Positions 1 to 7,100 of a stretch of DNA of 64,000 nucleotides are shown here, piece after piece. Numbering within the stretch: position 1 is the first letter of the stretch; each line of letters opens with the position of its first letter. This stretch comes from Spirochaetales bacterium. GTDB lineage: Bacteria > Bacillota > Clostridia > Christensenellales > UBA1242. The notes under the pieces were generated by a model, which worked only from the letters and a program-made list of their open reading frames with translations, was not told the DNA's origin and did not search any database. Where the stretch lies: assembly GCA_050178795.1 (NCBI GenBank), contig JBFXFT010000003.1:75264-139263 (forward strand), given 5' to 3'. Position numbers and translations under genes: made by a program.

Positions 1-1217
1 TGTAGTGCCTCGCCCATTTTCTCGTCTAAAATAAACTTACACTCATCTTTTAACATATTGCCGTCAATTTTTAACTCTTTTAACTTAAATGGCATAGAAT
101 GTTTAACCATATAGTCAAAATTGTCCTTTAAAAGCCCATATATGCCCCTGTCGCGGTCGTTATTTAATATTACAAATAATTCCTCAATTATTGCGTTGTG
201 GTCTTGTAAAAAACTTCTTGCGCCATAATCAGCATCTATTTTTTTGCTTTGTTCATAGGCTTTAATTAAATTTATAGTAAAATTCTTTTTAGTTAAAGAA
301 ATACCGCTAGTCTTTGGGTTTAAAATTTTGTGCGCTGTAACGCTTGGCTTTTGTCCATCAAACCTGTTTAAGTGTAGACACAAATCTAAAATAAAGGTGG
401 CAAATTTTAAGTCACTATTTGCAAAGTTAAAATAGTAAAGACTCTTATAATAACCCTTTAATAACTTCTTGTAATTATGATTTATGCTTAGTGCCCTTAA
501 ATTAGGAAATACATATTCAATAGCACCAAGTTCATTAAATTTTTTTATTACATTATTGTTTTCTAACCGATATTTATCTTTAGCGATTAGCGTCAAATAA
601 AATTCTTTAAAAATTCTGTCCTTACTTACATCGTTTAATTGATTTACAAGTTTTTTTGCAACTCTAAAAGTTTTTCCGTCTATTTTAAAGTTTAATTCCC
701 CAGCAAAGCGAATCATTCTAAGTATTCTAAGTCCATCACTTTTAAAGACATATTTTGGGCTTATTATTGCCTTTACTTTTTTTGTCTTTAAATCATGCTC
801 TCCATTAAAAAAGTCAATAACCTTTTCTTCTTGTAGGTCGTAGTATAAACTGTTTATTGTAAAGTCCCTTCTCTTTGCGTCTATTTCAATGTTTGAAACA
901 AAATCCACCTTGTCTGGCGTGTGATAACCACCGTCTTTATAACTTTCACTTCTAAAGGTTGTATATTCAAACTCTTTGCCGTTTTTACTTATAATTAAGG
1001 TCCCAAGTTTTTTGCTCGCCAGTTTTACACTAAAACCAGTGTTTTTTAATAACTCTTCCACTTTGTCCGAAACTAGTTCAGATGCCAAATCTATATCTGT
1101 TGGGTTTAAACCTAAAATACTGTCCCTAACATAACCGCCCACAATAAAAAGTTTAATACCGCTGGTATTAAATAGTTTTGTTAGTGCATTTAGTTCTTCA
1201 TTTACCATTATTTTCAT
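1..1217 (-). CDS. cca: CCA-adding tRNA nucleotidyltransferase (partial; C-terminus beyond left window edge)
   Basis: Absent from the ORF track because it has no in-window stop. My reverse translation from the ATG at complement 1215-1217 gives MKIMVNEELNALTKLFNTSGIKLFIVGGYVRDSILGLNPTDIDLAS...DAKRRDFTINSLYYD...SDGLRILRMIRFAGEL. These are the GGxVRD, DxD and RRDFTIN motifs of the CCA/poly(A) polymerase family. The frame appears to stay open for about 405 codons to position 1. Confidence 0.8.
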   Translation of the reverse strand, partial: MKIMVNEELNALTKLFNTSGIKLFIVGGYVRDSILGLNPTDIDLASELVSDKVEELLKNTGFSVKLASKKLGTLIISKNGKEFEYTTFRSESYKDGGYHTPDKVDFVSNIEIDAKRRDFTINSLYYDLQEEKVIDFFNGEHDLKTKKVKAIISPKYVFKSDGLRILRMIRFAGELNFKIDGKTFRVAKKLVNQLNDVSKDRIFKEFYLTLIAKDKYRLENNNVIKKFNELGAIEYVFPNLRALSINHNYKKLLKGYYKSLYYFNFANSDLKFATFILDLCLHLNRFDGQKPSVTAHKILNPKTSGISLTKKNFTINLIKAYEQSKKIDADYGARSFLQDHNAIIEELFVILNNDRDRGIYGLLKDNFDYMVKHSMPFKLKELKIDGNMLKDECKFILDEKMGEAL

Positions 1218-1223
1218 ACTCAA

Positions 1224-1232
1224 ATTATAGCA
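1224..1232 (-). promoter_or_regulatory. extended -10 element (TGCTATAAT) directly upstream of cca; possible leaderless transcript
   Basis: The reverse complement of 1224-1232 is TGCTATAAT. Only 6 nt separate it from the cca ATG, and no Shine-Dalgarno is visible. Confidence 0.35.
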
Positions 1233-1262
1233 TACATACCCTTCAAAAGTATAATAAAAAAA

Positions 1263-1286
1263 TAAAACAAGCACATAGTTGTTTTA
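1263..1286 (-). terminator. AT-rich hairpin terminator ending the sipW/TasA-like operon
   Basis: Stem aaaacaa / ttgtttt (extendable to about 10 bp) with an 8-nt loop, followed by a T-run on the minus strand. It lies just downstream of the stop at 1315. Confidence 0.45.
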
Positions 1287-1314
1287 TTTTATTATCAAAT
1301 ATTTTTACTGTTTA

Positions 1315-1896
1315 TTATTCTTCAAGCCAACCAATAGGTAGGTTTTCCCAATTAGCATAACCTGCTTCAAACGACGTCGTTTCTACATATAAAAGTACAC
1401 TCAAATTTTTACCTTGACTGCTTTGGCTTAAACTTTCTGAAATGTTAAATTCTAAATGCAAATAAGTTATTTGCGCCGCAAGAAACACTTTATTGTAATA
1501 GTAATAAGCCACTATTTCTTGGCTGTCTGGTAGCCAGTCTAAATCGCGTGATTCGTCTATTGTAGTGTGTACGTCACTCGTTGCAATGCCATCAATTTTA
1601 AAAATTGTTGTAACTCTCAAGTAAAAGTTTGGACTAGTAGCTTCGCTTTGTATTCTTAATGTTCTTTCAATGACTACACCTGGCATAAGGTCATCTGAAG
1701 TAAAGTCTAAATCTTGACCGTTTATAATGTTTGGAGTTACATTTACATCGCCCACTACATATATTTGAGATTGACTAGCCGTTCCATAAAAAATGAGTAG
1801 CACAATGTTTAACACTAATGCTACAACAATTATAACAGTCAATAACAATATAATAAGGGATTGCTGACTAGAATTTCCATGAGATATTTTTTGCAT
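1315..1896 (-). CDS. TasA/camelysin-like secreted protein, paralog 3 (most divergent signal region)
   Basis: 193-aa ORF with an N-terminal hydrophobic anchor (LIILLLTVIIVVALVLNIVLLIFYGTASQS). It has the motif DLMPGVVIERTLRIQSEATS and the C-terminal LSVLLYVETTSFEAGYANW, both shared with the two upstream paralogs. Size and pattern resemble CalY/TasA. Confidence 0.75.
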   Translation of the reverse strand: MQKISHGNSSQQSLIILLLTVIIVVALVLNIVLLIFYGTASQSQIYVVGDVNVTPNIINGQDLDFTSDDLMPGVVIERTLRIQSEATSPNFYLRVTTIFKIDGIATSDVHTTIDESRDLDWLPDSQEIVAYYYYNKVFLAAQITYLHLEFNISESLSQSSQGKNLSVLLYVETTSFEAGYANWENLPIGWLEE

Positions 1897-1928
1897 ATTA
1901 ACTCCATAGCAAAAGTTAGTTGATTTTA

Positions 1929-2522
1929 TTAGGAGCCAAGCCTATCTGAATCCCAAGTAGCATAAGCACTACCTGAACTTTGAATTGCCTCCACTAGTAG
2001 TTGAAGAGAGTAAGGTTTTCCTGAATCTTCATTGCTTATTCCGTAATTTTGAACCTCTTCATAAGGATATACAATAAATTGAATTGCAACAGTGGTAGAA
2101 TTACCAGCATTCAAAATGCTATCATAGTAATAGTAATACTCTGGTCCAGCGTAACCTCTAGTCCAGCCAGTTTGTGCCCCACCTAAAACCATTTCAACGT
2201 CAAAACTTTGTACAGAGTCTATTGTAAAAAGCGTTTTAATGCGGATGTATGCGTTATCTGAAGTTGATTCGTTTGTTATTTCTAGAGACCTTTGAATTAC
2301 CTCTCCACCTAGTATGTCTCCTTCTTCTATTTCTAGCGTATGGCTTACAGTATCAATTGATGTAGATATTTCTAAGTCGCCCATAGTAATAACCCCAGAC
2401 ATTGATGTGCCTGCGTTAAAGAAAGTATATGTAATATTAATAGTAAGTGTTAAAACTAAAACAATAGTAGCCGCTAAAAACCATGCTGTTTTAGTGCTTA
2501 AAGTTATCACTCTGTCTTTCAT
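1929..2522 (-). CDS. TasA/camelysin-like secreted protein, paralog 2
   Basis: 197 aa. The TM/signal is followed by NITYTFFNAGTS (compare the T-x-A-x-F-x-D SipW-type motif). It also has GDILGGEVIQRSLEITNESTSDNAYIRIK and the C-terminal YSLQLLVEAIQSSGSAYATW. Confidence 0.8.
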   Translation of the reverse strand: MKDRVITLSTKTAWFLAATIVLVLTLTINITYTFFNAGTSMSGVITMGDLEISTSIDTVSHTLEIEEGDILGGEVIQRSLEITNESTSDNAYIRIKTLFTIDSVQSFDVEMVLGGAQTGWTRGYAGPEYYYYYDSILNAGNSTTVAIQFIVYPYEEVQNYGISNEDSGKPYSLQLLVEAIQSSGSAYATWDSDRLGS

Positions 2523-2561
2523 TTTAATACCTCCTATTGCTTATTTTATTTATTAAAGTTT

Positions 2562-3173
2562 TTATACGCCAAGTGGGTTCCAAATTGCCTCTTCTGGCGC
2601 ACCTTCGCCTCTCCACTTAGTAACGGCGGCAGAATTTGCTTGTAGTCCTTCGGCATATACTGTAAAAGAAACACTCTCGCCCTCATATTGGCTTGGCAAA
2701 GTTGGGAAAGTAATGCTTGTTAAAAAGTCTGCTGTGTGATCTGGTTCCAATGCGATTTTATAATAACAATAATCATAACCTATGCCGTCGCCAGATTCCA
2801 CCCAAGTTCCAGTCAAAAAGTTGTAGGTAAATGTGTCCGATCCACCATAATTATATGGTAAACCACCAGACCAAACACCAACTATCATTATTCTTATAAT
2901 TGCATTTATTGAACTTGTTGCCAAACTTTTTACTCTTACAACATAGCCAACGGTGCCAGCACCAGTATAGTTTATAGTGGTAGGACCTAGTGGGTCGCCA
3001 TTGCCATCAAGTAAAGCCATATCAATATTTACCACTGTGCCAGTAGTACTATCTCCACCTGTAGAATTAAACCACGCGCTACTAATGCCAACAAAATAAA
3101 CAGCCAACAAAAGCGCCACTAAAATTAGAGTGCTTAATTTAATGCGTACAACTTTTTTACCATTAAATTCCAT
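2562..3173 (-). CDS. TasA/camelysin-like secreted protein, paralog 1 (canonical SipW-type signal)
   Basis: 203 aa. The signal LILVALLLAVYFVGISSAWFNSTGGDS matches the A-x-F-(S/N/T)-D type SipW-cognate cleavage region. The C-terminal SVSFTVYAEGLQANSAAV resembles the TasA family C-terminal strand. Confidence 0.8.
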   Translation of the reverse strand: MEFNGKKVVRIKLSTLILVALLLAVYFVGISSAWFNSTGGDSTTGTVVNIDMALLDGNGDPLGPTTINYTGAGTVGYVVRVKSLATSSINAIIRIMIVGVWSGGLPYNYGGSDTFTYNFLTGTWVESGDGIGYDYCYYKIALEPDHTADFLTSITFPTLPSQYEGESVSFTVYAEGLQANSAAVTKWRGEGAPEEAIWNPLGV

Positions 3174-3297
3174 CGTTTAACCCACCTGCTCCTTTTCTGT
3201 TTACTCTTCTATATATAAATTTTATAATAAACGCTATAAAAAGTCTAGTAAATTAATATCTGAGAAATTTATTTTTTGTGACTAAATTTTATTTTTC

Positions 3298-4035
3298 TTA
3301 CGATTCATTATCGTTTTTTGATTCTTCATCGCTTTTATTTTCTTGTTCTTCGGTTTGTTTTTGAATCAATTCTTTATTTTTATTTACATCGCTCATTATC
3401 ATATTATATAAAAGGAAAATAGCAGCAAAAGTAATTATTACAAGAATAATATTGTCTTGAATAAAGAAGACAACGTCTCCAACATAAGGAATTGAGGCTT
3501 TAACTATGCCATAAACTCTATCATAGGTTATGCCAAGCCCCGAACCATCTGGTGAGCCGTCAAATGGGTTTACAGTGTAATTGGTGCCTTGTGTAACATA
3601 TAGCATGTCTTCAGTAAATGCAGTACCAGAATACCATGCAACTACATCTGTTCCATACTCTGGCATAAATATATAGTACGCACCGTTTTCGTCCCAAGAC
3701 GCATCATACGCGTCATAATCTCTAAATTCTGCAACTACGTCGCCCTCTGTGGTTCTTACGCGAATTAATTGGTGCGTAATAAAGCCGCCAGCCGAACCTG
3801 TATATGTTATTATATCGCCAATCTTTACATCTTCTGGCGCCATTTTCTTGTCTATTGCTAGGCTTCTATAAAGTATTATTGGCTCCATGCTTACGCCATC
3901 CACTATAAGCGCTCTATACCCTACAGCATAACCTATACCAATGGTTAGCACCATAGCGGCCAATATAGCAAGTAATGTTATTTTTATTATTTTTGATGCA
4001 AGAGATACTCTTTTTTTATTTTCCACTATTTTCAT
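3298..4035 (-). CDS. sipW: SipW-type (archaeal/ER-type) signal peptidase I with internal insertion and acidic tail
   Basis: N-terminal TM, catalytic Ser box DGVSMEP, His box FITHQLIRV, a TQGTNYTVNPFD box (compare TKGDNN) and a C-terminal TM. This is the Ser/His ER-type architecture typical of SipW, and it sits directly upstream of the TasA-like genes. Confidence 0.85.
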   Translation of the reverse strand: MKIVENKKRVSLASKIIKITLLAILAAMVLTIGIGYAVGYRALIVDGVSMEPIILYRSLAIDKKMAPEDVKIGDIITYTGSAGGFITHQLIRVRTTEGDVVAEFRDYDAYDASWDENGAYYIFMPEYGTDVVAWYSGTAFTEDMLYVTQGTNYTVNPFDGSPDGSGLGITYDRVYGIVKASIPYVGDVVFFIQDNIILVIITFAAIFLLYNMIMSDVNKNKELIQKQTEEQENKSDEESKNDNES

Positions 4036-4095
4036 TCCTTTTTATTATTTAACTTATTAAGTCTATCACTTTTGAAGCATTTTGAAAACTAAAAA

Positions 4096-4117
4096 CCCCA
4101 AGAAATTAATCTTAGGG
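4096..4117 (-). terminator. hairpin between the giant lipoprotein gene and sipW
   Basis: ccccaaga-aattaa-tcttaggg, an 8-bp stem with one mismatch, flanked by an A-run and a T-run. On the minus strand it follows the stop at 4146. Confidence 0.5.
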
Positions 4118-4145
4118 TTTTTATTATTTGTTTTATTTGCTCTCA

Positions 4146-7100
4146 TTAAGACAATATAGGGTAAGTTCCTGAAGCAACCCATAAATCTGTTCCGCCACTG
4201 TATGAGTTTAATAGACTTACAAAGTTATAAGAAATCATATAACTTTCCAATTCAACAAATGAATTGGTTCCTCCCATATTATTTGCTAATACATAAGCAG
4301 AGCCTGAAAGATAATAAGAATAAGTTATTCCATTGGCTGCAATATTGTAACCAGCAACGCCACCAGAATATGTTGCAGCAACGCCTACCGCTCCGCCAGT
4401 TAAAGTTGTCTTTATTGTACCAGTACTATAACAGTTGTTTATCAATCCATATAGACTTGCACTTGAATACTTGTTGTAGCCTGCTATTCCGCCTGCATAA
4501 GCGGCGTAAGCGTTATCAGAAGTGGTTTCAACGTTACCCCAGTTATATGAGTTCATAATTGTTCCAGTAAATTTAGTATCGGTGTTATAGTTATAGCCTG
4601 CTATACCACCTGCATAGCCTGGTGCACTTACATCGGCATCTATTGACCTAGCCAAAATAGCGCTCTTGTTATAAGACTCTGTTATGTTGCCATCATTGTA
4701 GCCTGCTATACCGCCTGCATAATTACCGGACACTGTAACGCCAGCCTCTGAGCCAGACCTATTGATTAAACCATTGTTATAGCCTGCTATTCCGCCTGCA
4801 TACACAGTGTTTTGGTCATTTGTTGGTGCCACATCAGCCGAACTATATGCAAATCTAATTGTTCCGCCGTCATTCCAGCCAACTATACCACCAGCGTATA
4901 GCCTCTCACTTTCTGTCAATTCTGGAGTAATACTTCCGCTAACAGTAACATTTTGTATTGTTCCTTGACTATAACCAGCAATTGCACCGACATATGTACT
5001 TACATTGTCAATATTTACATTTTCTAAGTATAGGTCATAAACACCAGCACCAGAGCCTACATAACCAAACATTCCAGAATAGGTATAGTTTGTACCATCA
5101 ATAGTCATATTGTAAATGTAGTGTTCATTTCCTTCAAATGAGCCAATAAATGGTTCGTTTAAAGTTCCTATTGGTTCAAAATCAACCGTTGCATTTAGTG
5201 TTATGTCGGCCTCAAGTGAATAGTGCGCCGTTGGGTTAAACCTTACATTTCTTAATTGAGTTGAATTTATTATTACAAATGGATATTCTTCAGAGCCATT
5301 TCCACTTTGAAACAAGTTAAATAGATATGCTTCAGCACTAGTGCCTGAGGCTATACTAGGAAGACTGCCAGAACAGTAAGCAGTTACCGTAATTGAGTAA
5401 GTGCCAAGTTCCGTCAAGTAATAATAATTATTAGTAACTGTTACTATTATTGGATTTTCTATGTCGTTGTCAAGTACAATTACTAGTTCATAACTATCTG
5501 CAAAGTCGCTAGCATCCCATGTTGCTTTGCCATTTGCCATTTGTACGTTAGTAGGTGTCGTTGGTCTAGTTAAATTAAATTGAGCACTACTGTTTGAATT
5601 TGCATAAATACTTCCGCTCTCATATAAAACTGTTCCAAGCGCTTTAACTGTCACAACATATTCGCCCTCTGTAATTGTTTCATTTATTGGGTATGGATAT
5701 TCAGACGCATTTGTAACATCAATGGTTTCAACTATAGAAATACTATCTCCGTCTGCATTATGTCCACTTATGTTTAGTTCATATAGTTGAGTGTTTGCAA
5801 CAGCGTCCCAATTTATGTAGTATTGGTTAGTTTCATCTTTTGTCAATGAAATATTTGTTGGTGTTGCAAGTTTAGTTACAACTAGTGGAGATGAACCAGA
5901 AGCGTCTGCGCCCACCTTTACCGAGTTAAGGTTATAAGTACTGTTTCCGTTTGTTTGCAAATAGATACTGTAAGTGTCTGCGGCAAAATCGTTACCTATG
6001 GTGTAAGATGATGTTCCGCTTGGAAGCGTTGCTTGGAAGTTTACAGTTGCGTTAGAAATGTATATAGTATAACCATTCACATCTCCCATAGCACCTGCTG
6101 CCCTTGTCCATTTTAATATTCCGTCTTCAACTCTAAAGTATGTAACTGGGTCCATCTTATATACAGACAATATATTGGAAGCACTACTAGTCAAATATGT
6201 GCTCGTGCCCCTTGCCTTTATAGACACATAATATGAGTTTGATGGATAAGTATCTGGTAGAGCATACGATGTTGTAAGTCCAACATTAATTGTGTTTGCT
6301 CCCACTATTAATAGGTAAGCGCTTGCATTATTGTTTGCCGTCCACTTAAACACGCCATTTTCTATTCTAAAGTTTGCTATTGGTTCTAGTTTTGTTGCAC
6401 TTATTGTTGAGCTGGCTGCAGATGTAACATAAATTGTGTCATCTCCCATTGACCTTACGGCAAGTTCATAGTCGCCATATTCAAAGTCAGTACCTAATTC
6501 ACAAGATAGACTTATGCCTGTTGGTACATAACTGCCATTTGCAATTACCTCATAACCAGTTGCATTGGTTGCAGAATTAAAGTAAATAATTCCGTTTGTA
6601 ACGTGTAGATTTGTTGGAGCATCAAGTCTGGTTACTAAAAGTGCGCTAGAGTATTCACTAGTTATATATTCTGCACCATTTCCAATAGACTTAACCCTTA
6701 TGTTATAGTCTCCACTTGGGTATGAGTCTGGCAATATAAAGTTTGTTACATCGCCAACATTTATTGTAGTTTCATTATCCAATGAGTCTGTAATTAATAG
6801 TTCATAACTTTGAGCGCCGTAAACAGAGTTCCATGCAATAAGTCCGCCCTCAACCCTTCTGTTGCTTGGGTAATTTAATACATATATTGTAAGCACGTTG
6901 GATTTATCCGAATTAATTTTATTTACGCTGTCGCCAAGGGCATATATTGATGCTTCAAATACACCAGCACCATAGGTTGCAAAGTTTGCAAGAGTATAGG
7001 TTACATTGGTCGTATCTGGAAGAGTAGTTCCATTAATTGTCAAACTGTACCCAGTTCCATTTAGTACAGAATTCCACCTAATTATTCCATTTTCTATCCT

